Under the pieces are notes generated by a model. It was not told the DNA's origin, ran no database searches, and saw only the letters and a list, made by a program, of their open reading frames with translations. A program made the position numbers and the translations under genes. A stretch of 58,249 bases of DNA from positions 1 through 58,249 of the IMG/VR virus record IMGVR_UViG_3300043432_000295. One strand, written 5' to 3'. Shown here piece by piece: positions 1 through 8,149 of this stretch (position 1 is its first letter; every line of letters starts with the position of its first letter). Source of the stretch: a virus (taxonomy: Duplodnaviria; Caudoviricetes).

Positions 1-126
1 TAGAGACGCAAGTTGTCCCGCTGGATTCCAATCCGGAATCCAGCGGGACTCCGCCGGGATTCCGGCCCCTGTCTGTGTCTGTGTCTGTGTCTGAGTCTGT
101 GTCGGGGTCTGGACACGATCCGTCCC
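1..126. repeat. Terminal direct repeat, copy 1 (circular assembly overlap)
   Basis: 1-126 identical to 58087-58212; an ORF continues in frame across the junction. Confidence 0.95.
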
Positions 127-449
127 ACCCACCCCCCGACCGCTGCCCGAACCACGCCCACGACCCAGACCCGCCGCCATGCGGCCCCTGCCGGGACGCA
201 CGGCTCAACCGCGACGCCTGGACCACCGACGAGCTCAAGCGCGAACTCCGCACGACCCAGCTCCATCGCCAGCAGACCGCCCACGACCGGGCCGAAGCCG
301 CCCGGGCAGCCATCAGCCGATGCCGCCAGTGCGACGAGACCGGCTACCTACCCGGCGGCGCGGTCTGCCCACACGACCCGGCAGCCGCCCAACGGGCCCG
401 CCGCGGAGCAGCCGAAGCACGAACCGCACTGAGACGGGAGTCCGCGTGA
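1..449 (+). CDS. C-terminal part of RepA-like replication initiator (continues from 57639 across the junction)
   Basis: Frame of ORF 75..449 matches the ORF starting at 57639 once the overlap is collapsed; C-terminal CxxC motifs (CGPC, CRQCDETG). Confidence 0.75.
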   Translation, partial: ETQVVPLDSNPESSGTPPGFRPLSVSVSVSESVSGSGHDPSHPPPDRCPNHAHDPDPPPCGPCRDARLNRDAWTTDELKRELRTTQLHRQQTAHDRAEAARAAISRCRQCDETGYLPGGAVCPHDPAAAQRARRGAAEARTALRRESA

Positions 450-721
450 GCGACATTGCCTACACCGCGCAGGTCCAGTACGAGCACGGCGTTGACCCGA
501 TCGACTGGGCAATTGAACAGACCCGCATCACGATCGACGCCCGCGAGTTCGTACGGGAAGCGAGGGCCACGAACCCGGCACTTGTGCCGTGGTATGGGCC
601 TGACCTGAGCGACGAAGCGCTCGCCCGCAGAGTCGTTGGCCACCTGCTCGACGCCGGTTGGGAGCCGCCGGTCATCAAGCCGGAGCCGCCCGTCCCGAAC
701 GCCACCCGGAGGAACCCATGA
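446..721 (+). CDS. hypothetical protein
   Basis: GTGA overlap with upstream stop; MSDIAYTAQVQYEHG... Confidence 0.65.
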   Translation: MSDIAYTAQVQYEHGVDPIDWAIEQTRITIDAREFVREARATNPALVPWYGPDLSDEALARRVVGHLLDAGWEPPVIKPEPPVPNATRRNP

Positions 722-843
722 ACGCCAAGACCCGGCCGCGCTCGCAACGCCGCCGCCTACCCCGAGCCGAGGAACCTGAACTCCGCATAAGGACCTATCC
801 TTGACACAACAACAAACCCTGCTCACCTAGGAGACACGCACAC

Positions 844-1389
844 TTGGTCGCATCCCGAGGCCGCCAAGCCGCCACGGCCCAGCGCCGAGCCGCGGCCATC
901 CAACTCCGCATCGAAGGAAAATCCTTCGAACAAATCGCCACCGAACTCGGCTACGCCAGCCGAGCAGCAGCCAGCACCGACATCACCCGAGCCACCGAAG
1001 CCGCCATCCTCGAACAACGCGCCGGCATCGAAGTCCTCCGCGAGCAAGAACTGATGCGCCTCGACGCGCTCTGGCAGGAAGCCTGGCGAGTACTGCGCAC
1101 CGAGCACTACATCCTGCACCAAGGCAGCGTGGTCGAACGCGAGGCCGACGACGGGACACTGATCAAAATCCTCGACGACGGGCCGGTGCTGCAATGCATC
1201 GACCGGCTACTTCGCATCCAGGAGCGACGCGCGAAGTACCTGGGCCTGGATGCGCCGACCCGCCACGAGGTGACCATCGATGAGCTCGACGACCAGATCA
1301 GAACCCTCACCCGCGAGCTCGGACTATCTGTCACGGTTGAAGCTGGCGAAGCTCCTCGAACTGAAGAAACTGAAGAGGATCAAGGCTGA
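844..1389 (+). CDS. terS: terminase small subunit (HTH)
   Basis: HTH RRAAAIQLRIEGKSFEQIATELGY; ends RRAKYLGLDAP; directly upstream of TerL; SD AGGAG upstream. Confidence 0.75.
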   Translation: MVASRGRQAATAQRRAAAIQLRIEGKSFEQIATELGYASRAAASTDITRATEAAILEQRAGIEVLREQELMRLDALWQEAWRVLRTEHYILHQGSVVEREADDGTLIKILDDGPVLQCIDRLLRIQERRAKYLGLDAPTRHEVTIDELDDQIRTLTRELGLSVTVEAGEAPRTEETEEDQG

Positions 1390-3697
1390 TCGGGAGGCGT
1401 CGGTCGCCATCCCAGACCGGGTCCCAGATCCCGCCGATCGGCACGCGCTGCGCGACCCAGCCAGCCTGGCCGACCACCTCGACGACCGATACAAGCTCCG
1501 GGCGCACCTGCGCATCGTCGGCGACGAGATGCGCAACCTGCACGACCGCCGCTTCAGCCGACTGTCGATCAACCTGCCGCCGCAGTGCGGCAAGACCAGG
1601 ACCGCGGTCGAGTGGGGCGTGTTCTGGTGGCTGTGCCTGCGCCCTGATGCGCACGTGGTCATCGGCTCCTACAACGAGCGCCTCGCGCTGAAACGCGGCA
1701 AGGCCGTCCGCCGTCTCGTACAAGCGTACGGGCACCGGTTTGGGTTGAAGCTAGAGACCGGGTCGGCCAACATGGTCGACTGGTCGCTGACCACCGGCGG
1801 CGGCGTCCGGTCCGTCGGCGTCGGCGGCGGCATCACCGGCGACCCCGCCGACTTCCTCGTCATCGACGACCCCGTCCGGTCCCGCAAGGACGCCGACTCG
1901 CTCAACGTCCGCGAAACCGTCCGCGACTGGTACTCGGCCGACCTGTTCACCCGCCGATCCCCGGGCGCCCCGGTCCTACTGGTCTGTACCCCGTGGCATG
2001 TTGATGATCTACGGGCGACGCTGATCGCGTCCGGCGGCAAGGTCGAGGACGGCGGCCAGTGGCGGCTCGTGGTCATGCCGGCGCTGTGCACCGACCCCAA
2101 GACTGATCCGCTCGGGCGCGAGTTCGGCGACCCGCTTCCCCATCCGAAGGTCGACGAGTACGACACTGCGGCCGCGTTGACGCACTGGCAGGAGGCGAGG
2201 GCCGGCACCAACGTCCGCGACTGGACGTCCCTGTACCAGTGCGACCCGCGGCCGCAAGAAGGGGCCCTCGTCTCGTGGCAGCTGCTGCGGGAGCGCCGCT
2301 GTCATGAGACCAGCTCGTGTTCGCCGGCGCAGCGCATCGGCGTGGCCATCGACCCGTCCGGCGGCGGCCGGGACACGGCCGGCGTGATCGGCGGCTACCT
2401 CGGCGAGGACGGACGCTGCCACTTCACCCACGACCTGTCCGGCGTGATGCCGTCCGACGCGTGGGGGCGGGCGGCCTGCGAGCTGGCCGCAGACACCGGC
2501 GCGGACTTCTTCGTGGCCGAGAAGAACTACGGCGGCGACATGGTCAAGCTCATGATCCGCACGTCGTGGGATGCGCTGCGCCGCGAACAACCCGACCGGT
2601 TCGGGCCGAACGTGCCGCGCATCATCGAGGTCACCGCCCGCCGGGGCAAGATGTTGCGCGCCGAGCCGATCGCCCAGCAGTGGGTCGAGAACCGGTGCGT
2701 GACCGCAACCTACCTACCCGACCTCGAGAGCGAGTGGTGCGTGGCTGGCGGAACCCTGGTCACGACGGCACGAGGAGACCTGCCCATCGAGCAGGTTCGG
2801 GTGGGCGATCAGGTCTGGACGCGTCTGGGCTGGCGCCCAGTGTTGCGGGCGAGTCTCGTCGGAGTGAAGCCGACCGTCGAGATTCAGGCTTCGGATGGGC
2901 GGTCGCTTCGATGCACCGAGGATCATCGAATCTGGGTCGAGGATCACGGCTGGGTCTATGCCGGAGAAGTTGAACTCCGACGTAAACTCCTAACATGCCT
3001 CGACAGCCTCAGCGTCCGTACGTCACGTTTCAGGGCGATCGGTACTACGAATGCCCTGACGGCTATTACCAGTGCGCCCGGACGGTTGCGCGTCGCACCG
3101 GTCATTACCTCTTGCACCGGGCGGTGTGGGCTTCGGTTCATGGACCGATCCCCGAGAAGACTCACATCCACCACATCAACGGCAGGTCCGACAATTCGAT
3201 CGGGAATCTCGAGGCTCATCCAGCCCGAGAGCATCTGCTCATGCACAAGCGAGGGACTCCGTACACCGGAGCTGTCGCCTGGACTCGTGAGCAAAAGAGC
3301 GCATCGCGTCGCGCCGAGTGGGCGCGACGCGAGCCTCACTCCATTGAATGCGTCGTCTGCGGAGCTACGGCCATGGTCCGTAGCTACCGAGCGATCACGT
3401 GCGGTCGACGCTGCGCGAAGCGTCTCGGCTATTACCGTGCGCTCGGTCGCGAGCACGAGATCCGTCGAGTCGGTCTATGACATCACCGTGGGCGGCGGCG
3501 CGCATGAGTTCTTCGCCAACGGCGTCCTCGTGCACAACTGCACGTTCATGCCGGGTGCGACGGACTCGCCGGGCCGCATCGACGCCTCGGTGTACCTGGC
3601 CCTCGAGCTGCTGCCTATGCCGGCCAGTGGCGAGTCGTCGATGCGCGGCGCGGCGCTTCTGGCCGAGACGGACCTGTTGGGCGGCCTCTGGCGCTGA
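1280..3697 (+). CDS. terL: terminase large subunit, intein-containing
   Basis: Walker A variant INLPPQCGKT, Walker B FLVIDDP, RNase H-like GVAIDPS and EKNYGG; Hint motifs inserted in the nuclease domain. Confidence 0.93.
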   Translation: MSSTTRSEPSPASSDYLSRLKLAKLLELKKLKRIKADREASVAIPDRVPDPADRHALRDPASLADHLDDRYKLRAHLRIVGDEMRNLHDRRFSRLSINLPPQCGKTRTAVEWGVFWWLCLRPDAHVVIGSYNERLALKRGKAVRRLVQAYGHRFGLKLETGSANMVDWSLTTGGGVRSVGVGGGITGDPADFLVIDDPVRSRKDADSLNVRETVRDWYSADLFTRRSPGAPVLLVCTPWHVDDLRATLIASGGKVEDGGQWRLVVMPALCTDPKTDPLGREFGDPLPHPKVDEYDTAAALTHWQEARAGTNVRDWTSLYQCDPRPQEGALVSWQLLRERRCHETSSCSPAQRIGVAIDPSGGGRDTAGVIGGYLGEDGRCHFTHDLSGVMPSDAWGRAACELAADTGADFFVAEKNYGGDMVKLMIRTSWDALRREQPDRFGPNVPRIIEVTARRGKMLRAEPIAQQWVENRCVTATYLPDLESEWCVAGGTLVTTARGDLPIEQVRVGDQVWTRLGWRPVLRASLVGVKPTVEIQASDGRSLRCTEDHRIWVEDHGWVYAGEVELRRKLLTCLDSLSVRTSRFRAIGTTNALTAITSAPGRLRVAPVITSCTGRCGLRFMDRSPRRLTSTTSTAGPTIRSGISRLIQPESICSCTSEGLRTPELSPGLVSKRAHRVAPSGRDASLTPLNASSAELRPWSVATERSRAVDAARSVSAITVRSVASTRSVESVYDITVGGGAHEFFANGVLVHNCTFMPGATDSPGRIDASVYLALELLPMPASGESSMRGAALLAETDLLGGLWR
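2983..2997 (+). promoter_or_regulatory. Putative -10 element for a leaderless HNH transcript inside the intein
   Basis: TAAACT-6 nt-ATG(2995), the same geometry as other leaderless promoters in this genome; no SD near the ATG. Confidence 0.45.
2995..3480 (+). CDS. HNH homing endonuclease in an alternative frame nested in the intein
   Basis: LLHRAVWASVHGPIPEKTHIHHINGRSDNSIGNLE...H (HNH_3-type) plus C-terminal CVVC...CGRRC; frame differs from terL. Confidence 0.85.
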   Translation: MPRQPQRPYVTFQGDRYYECPDGYYQCARTVARRTGHYLLHRAVWASVHGPIPEKTHIHHINGRSDNSIGNLEAHPAREHLLMHKRGTPYTGAVAWTREQKSASRRAEWARREPHSIECVVCGATAMVRSYRAITCGRRCAKRLGYYRALGREHEIRRVGL

Positions 3698-3701
3698 CCA
3701 A

Positions 3702-3731
3702 TTGACGTGTCACTAGGTCGTCAGGTAGCGT
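3702..3731 (+). promoter_or_regulatory. Promoter with operator copy 1
   Basis: TTGACG-18-TAGCGT-7-ATG(3739); TTGACGTGTCACTAGG at 3702-3717. Confidence 0.75.
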
Positions 3732-3738
3732 CGTGGGC

Positions 3739-3951
3739 ATGGGAGACGAGAAGCCGGATCGGCGCAGTCGGCGAAACAACACGGTCTACGGCAGCCTCTG
3801 GGTTCAGAGTGGCGCCGATCCCCAGCCGAGCTGGAGCGTTCCACTCTGGATGATCATTGCTCCGGCGCTCATACTGCTGGTCGCGGCGGTCGGATTCTTC
3901 GGCCTGGTTTTTCTGGGCTGGGAGGCCCCGCTACCGCAGGTTGGTCCGTAG
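3739..3951 (+). CDS. small membrane protein
   Basis: One hydrophobic TM stretch; leaderless start after promoter. Confidence 0.6.
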   Translation: MGDEKPDRRSRRNNTVYGSLWVQSGADPQPSWSVPLWMIIAPALILLVAAVGFFGLVFLGWEAPLPQVGP

Positions 3952-4146
3952 ATGGCTGCCAAGGATGACGCGGAACGCCAGCGGGCGGCGCGGGAGTACG
4001 CCCAACGCGAGCAGCAACGCCGGGCAGCCCAGGAAGCCGAACGGCGCCGGCAGCAGATCCTGGCCGAGGAACGTGCCCGCAACGAACGCATCGCCGCCGA
4101 GGAACGCGCCCGCGTCGAGCGCCAACGCCGCAACAAGGGAAAGTAG
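3952..4146 (+). CDS. E/R-rich helical small protein
   Basis: 64 aa, charged helix, ends RRNKGK. Confidence 0.6.
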   Translation: MAAKDDAERQRAAREYAQREQQRRAAQEAERRRQQILAEERARNERIAAEERARVERQRRNKGK

Positions 4147-4155
4147 GGGGGAGCC

Positions 4156-4335
4156 ATGGCCAAGAACGACCGCGGCGACGATCACTGGGAACGCGACCGC
4201 ATCCGGCAGGAAGAGGCTCGCCGGCAGGCCGAGCGTGACCGGCAGGCCCGCGAGGCCGAACGGCAGCGGCGCCTCATCGAGGAAGAGGCCGCGAAGCGGC
4301 GCGAGTACGAGCAGCGCCATAGGAAGGGGAAGTGA
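4156..4335 (+). CDS. E/R-rich helical small protein (similar to previous)
   Basis: MAKNDRGDDHWERDRIRQEEARRQAE...HRKGK, SD GGGGGAG; below the ORF-track cutoff. Confidence 0.6.
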   Translation: MAKNDRGDDHWERDRIRQEEARRQAERDRQAREAERQRRLIEEEAAKRREYEQRHRKGK

Positions 4336-4544
4336 TGAACGGCTGGATGATCGCGGTCGACGGGTCGGCGGTGAACCTGGCCCACGTCACGCACGTGCTG
4401 GCCGAGAAGCGCGCCTCGCACGTCGATGACACCTGGTATGTGATGGCCCGCCCGGCTGGCGTCTGCCTGGCCACGGGGATCGAGTCACGCGAGGCGGCCG
4501 TGGCCTGGATCGAGACGCGGTTCCGCAATGCCGCTGCCTCCTGA
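4335..4544 (+). CDS. hypothetical protein
   Basis: TGATG coupling to upstream gene. Confidence 0.55.
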   Translation: MNGWMIAVDGSAVNLAHVTHVLAEKRASHVDDTWYVMARPAGVCLATGIESREAAVAWIETRFRNAAAS

Positions 4545-4860
4545 GGTCGGCGGGGTGTGCCAGCCGTACTCGATGCTGCCGCTGTTCGCCCGCACCGGCC
4601 ACGACCCGAAGTACGCTACACCGGCCATGGGGACGCTCGTGCCGCTCGACCGCAGCGAGCTGTCCATCCGCATGTGCCTGATCGCCCCGTCCTACGTGCA
4701 GCGCGCTGCCCAGGCGGCCGGCGTCAAGACCATGGTCATGATCCGGCCCAGGGGTATCGAGCTCGTAAAGAACGCGGGGGCGAACCCACTTCCACGGCTT
4801 GCTCTGGCGCGCCATCGCGGCGCGCGGACGTTCGCCGACTTCATCGAAGGGCTGGACTGA
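4528..4860 (+). CDS. hypothetical protein
   Basis: Packed in operon, phage-like codon usage. Confidence 0.5.
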   Translation: MPLPPEVGGVCQPYSMLPLFARTGHDPKYATPAMGTLVPLDRSELSIRMCLIAPSYVQRAAQAAGVKTMVMIRPRGIELVKNAGANPLPRLALARHRGARTFADFIEGLD

Positions 4861-5078
4861 TGGACGATCATCCCGAATACGGCATTCCGTGCGAAGACCT
4901 TCCGAAGTTCAGCGGCATTATCTGGCGTGAGACCGAACCGCATTCCGGGCGCTACGTTGCGGTGGTGCCTACGCCGCCGCCGCAGTCTGGCGCGACGTGG
5001 CCTCAGGTGGTCATCGTGCTCGGGTTCTTCGCCACGCTTTGCGTGTTCTTCCTGGTGCTCGGCGGAGCGTTCTCGTGA
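4860..5078 (+). CDS. small membrane protein
   Basis: TGATG coupling; C-terminal TM helix. Confidence 0.55.
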   Translation: MDDHPEYGIPCEDLPKFSGIIWRETEPHSGRYVAVVPTPPPQSGATWPQVVIVLGFFATLCVFFLVLGGAFS

Positions 5079-5485
5079 CCGCCTGGCTGATCGTCGGGAT
5101 GGCGCTGGCCATCGAGCGCATCACCCGCCTACTCGTGGTCGACACGGTCCCCGCGGTGCGCATGGTGCGCGAGTGGTTCGTGGCGACGTTCGGCGTGGTC
5201 AACGAGGACGGCGAGATCGTCGACGGCAAGGGCTACCAGTGGGCGCGCTGGCTCACCTTCTCCATCGCCTACCTGTGGACCTGCCCCTGGTGCATGTCGC
5301 CGTGGGTCGGGCTAGCGGTCTGGCAGGTCACGATGCGTGTGGCCCACCTGGACGTGCCGTATCCGTGGCTGCTGATCGCGGCGGCCAGCACGCTGTCCGG
5401 GTGGGCGGCGAACCTGCAGGGCGAGCATGATCAGCGGTGGCAGGCCCTGGACATCGAGATCAACGGAAGGAAGCGCCCGACATGA
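5075..5485 (+). CDS. DUF1360-like membrane protein
   Basis: RITRLLVVD...YLWTCPWCMSPW motif; TM segments. Confidence 0.75.
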   Translation: MTAWLIVGMALAIERITRLLVVDTVPAVRMVREWFVATFGVVNEDGEIVDGKGYQWARWLTFSIAYLWTCPWCMSPWVGLAVWQVTMRVAHLDVPYPWLLIAAASTLSGWAANLQGEHDQRWQALDIEINGRKRPT

Positions 5486-5991
5486 CCATCTACAGCAGCG
5501 CCGACGAGTGGCAGTCCGTCCACGATCTTCCAACCGGCGCCATCCTTGTCGACGACGAGGGTCACGCATACCAGGTCGAGCGTCCGAAGGATCATCACGG
5601 CGTCGATCGCTGGCCCGGCGAAACATGGATCAGCCCAGCTTCGGACGAGTACGCGTTCATCGTGCGACGAGAGGCGGACGAGAGGCACGGCCCGAAGGTG
5701 GGAAGCTACGAGCCGGATGGCAACCTGACGCTCGTATGGAAGCCATCGTGGATCACTGCGCGAGAGGTCCGCGCCGACGCGATGCGGCGCCTGGACGAGA
5801 TCGGCGATGGCCACGGCTGTGAGGCCGCGTCGGCGCGGTCCTTCGAGGAGGGGCGTCTGGCCGTGCTCGACGATCTGGGCTTCCGGGACATGAAGATCGA
5901 CTCGGAAGAGGTCATCCACCAGGAGCCCGAGGATCCCCAGACCGAGGACGTCCCAGCCACCGACGGAGAGTCGGCAGGCGACGAGGACTAG
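5482..5991 (+). CDS. hypothetical acidic protein
   Basis: ATGA overlap, SD AAGGAAG. Confidence 0.6.
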   Translation: MTIYSSADEWQSVHDLPTGAILVDDEGHAYQVERPKDHHGVDRWPGETWISPASDEYAFIVRREADERHGPKVGSYEPDGNLTLVWKPSWITAREVRADAMRRLDEIGDGHGCEAASARSFEEGRLAVLDDLGFRDMKIDSEEVIHQEPEDPQTEDVPATDGESAGDED

Positions 5992-6144
5992 GACTTTCCC
6001 CCCCGAGCGAGCCCCCGCTGCTGTCTCCCCACACGTCCCAACCAGGCGTGAGCGCGGGGGCTCGCTGCTGCGTCTGGGCGCAGATCTGGGCATGGCCAGT
6101 CTTCGCGCAGGAAGAGGAACGCGTTGACGCCCGTCAGCGACGTT

Positions 6145-6474
6145 CTACTCGTCGCGGCCGAATGCCTCGTCCCGCGCCTTGCGCAGTTCGCGGATCAGCT
6201 GGTTGATGGTGTGGCGGTCCAGATCGATCCACTGCGACTGCCAGACCTTCTGCGCTTCGTCCAACTCGGTCGAGGTGATGAAGTCGGCGGCCCAGCCGAC
6301 ATGCGGCGGCACTTCGGCTTTCGCGTCGGGGTCAACCCATCCGACGCCGAGCTGGGCATGCCGGTCCCTGGACCAGCCGATCGAGATGCGACGCGGCTGG
6401 CGGGCCGGGATCGGTTTGCCGGTCTCGAGGTCAACGCCCTCGTGCACGCGCTCGTAGATGTTGAACTTGGGCAT
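6145..6474 (-). CDS. conserved actinophage hypothetical protein
   Basis: C-terminus LDRHTINQLIRELRKARDEAFGRDE resembles a recurrent actinophage family; SD GAGGG. Confidence 0.65.
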   Translation of the reverse strand: MPKFNIYERVHEGVDLETGKPIPARQPRRISIGWSRDRHAQLGVGWVDPDAKAEVPPHVGWAADFITSTELDEAQKVWQSQWIDLDRHTINQLIRELRKARDEAFGRDE

Positions 6475-6601
6475 CACGCCCACCGTCCCTCTCATGGGAT
6501 ATTTCGCTCCGACCACCGGAGCGGTCTGAGCGCAGCATAGGTCAGGCGACGATCTCCGTCTACGATGAGCCAAGTCGACGACACGGTCACGGGGGTGATG
6601 C

Positions 6602-8143
6602 ATGCCGGACAGCCTGCGCCTCCCGGCGCGGATGCGTCCCCGGGCGCTGACCGCCGCCTCGGCCCAGATCACCCCCGATACGTGGCGCTCCGGCCAGTTC
6701 TTCGGCAACCGCCCGTGGCAGGAAGAGGCCTGGGGGTTCCGCGACACGCTCGGCGAGTTCAGCCAGGCCGTGGACTGGGAGGCCCGGGCCATGTCCCGCA
6801 TCCGTCTGGGTGCGGCCGAGGTCATCCCCGGCGGCGACGAACCCGAGATGCTCGAAGACGGGCCAGCCTCCCAGCTGATGCAGGACTTCTGCGGCGGCCC
6901 CCCGGGGCATTCGGCGTTCCTGGCCGCGATCACGCCGCAACTGGTTGTGCCCGGCGAGGGCTGGCTGATCGCCGAGCGGGACGACCCGGCGCTGCCGCTG
7001 TCGCTGGTCGAGTGGGGTGTCTACTCGACCGACTGTGTGACGGCGCTCGGGGGGAACTTCCGGGTCCGGATCGGCGAGTCGATCTGGCGCGACCTGGCTC
7101 CTGATAATCTGCCTATCCGCATCTACAATCCACATCCACGGTTTCCGTGGTTGGCCACGAGCGCGGCTCAGGCCGCGGTGCCGATCATGCGCCGGATCCA
7201 TCTGATCGACTCGCGGATCATCGCCATGATGGTGTCGCGGCTGGCCATGAATGGGTTGCTGCTGATTCCGCAGGAGGGCACGTTCAGCGTCCCGGAGCAG
7301 TATGGCGAGGGCCCGGACAACTTCGTCCGGTTCCTCATCGACATCGCGTCCAAGAACATCGCCAACCCTGGCCAGGCGTCCGCTGGCATCCCCATCCCGG
7401 TCCGCTACACCGCCGAGTTCATTGACAAGTGGAAGATTCTGAAGGCTGACGATCCGCTGGACGAGTGGCTGCTCAAGGAGCGCATCGACGAGCTCGGTCG
7501 CCTCGGCGATGCCTTGAAGATCACCCGCGAGCGGGTGACCGGCGGCATGGGCGAGCAGAACCACTGGGGCCAGTGGCAGGCATCCGAGGAAGAGGTCAAG
7601 CTGACCTTCTCCCCGACCGCGGAAAACATCTGCGGCGCCGTCACCAAGGGCTACCTGCAGCCGGCCCTGATCCGGGCCGGCCAGTCGCCGCTCGGCCCCA
7701 ACGGCGGAAAGATCATCGCCTGGTACGACGTCACCGAGCTCACCGCACGCCCGGACAAGTCCGACGCCGTGGTCAAGGCCTACGACCGCCTCGAGGCCAG
7801 CGGGACGGCGCTGCGCCGTGAGCTCGGCCTGGACGAGTCTGACGCCCCGACCCCGGACGAGCTGGGCGTCATGGTCTGGAAGAAGGTCGCCGGCTCGGAC
7901 ACCCTCGCCCCGACCGCTGAGCAGCAGCTTGACCCCGGCGGCGCGCCGGTAGCTCCGGTGCCCGGGGCCGCACCGTCTGCTGGTCCCGCGGCATCGGGGC
8001 CAGCGCCGGCGGAACCCGCGGCCCCGGTCACCGGCCCTCCGACCACGCAGGCCGCCCCGCCGCCACCGCCCGGACCTATGGCCGCGTCCGTGTTCATCGC
8101 AGACAAGCCGCGGCGCTACAACGGCGTTCACGCGAAGCGGTAA
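6602..8143 (+). CDS. portal protein
   Basis: WQEEAW...GE...MSRIRL, QLVVPGEGWL, NHWGQW motifs; position after terminase. Confidence 0.85.
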   Translation: MPDSLRLPARMRPRALTAASAQITPDTWRSGQFFGNRPWQEEAWGFRDTLGEFSQAVDWEARAMSRIRLGAAEVIPGGDEPEMLEDGPASQLMQDFCGGPPGHSAFLAAITPQLVVPGEGWLIAERDDPALPLSLVEWGVYSTDCVTALGGNFRVRIGESIWRDLAPDNLPIRIYNPHPRFPWLATSAAQAAVPIMRRIHLIDSRIIAMMVSRLAMNGLLLIPQEGTFSVPEQYGEGPDNFVRFLIDIASKNIANPGQASAGIPIPVRYTAEFIDKWKILKADDPLDEWLLKERIDELGRLGDALKITRERVTGGMGEQNHWGQWQASEEEVKLTFSPTAENICGAVTKGYLQPALIRAGQSPLGPNGGKIIAWYDVTELTARPDKSDAVVKAYDRLEASGTALRRELGLDESDAPTPDELGVMVWKKVAGSDTLAPTAEQQLDPGGAPVAPVPGAAPSAGPAASGPAPAEPAAPVTGPPTTQAAPPPPPGPMAASVFIADKPRRYNGVHAKR

Positions 8144-8149
8144 CGCGCC

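Larger units (their letters stand above)
2738..3538 (+). mobile_element. Intein (267 aa) in TerL
   Basis: Starts CVAGGTLVTT (block A), CTEDHRIW (block B TxxH), ends VYDITV...HEFFANGVLVHN followed by +1 Cys. Confidence 0.93.

Noticed and set aside
1-126. Terminal repeat as a physical phage DTR
   Set aside because: It falls mid-gene in the initiator ORF and is better explained as assembly overlap of a circularly permuted genome
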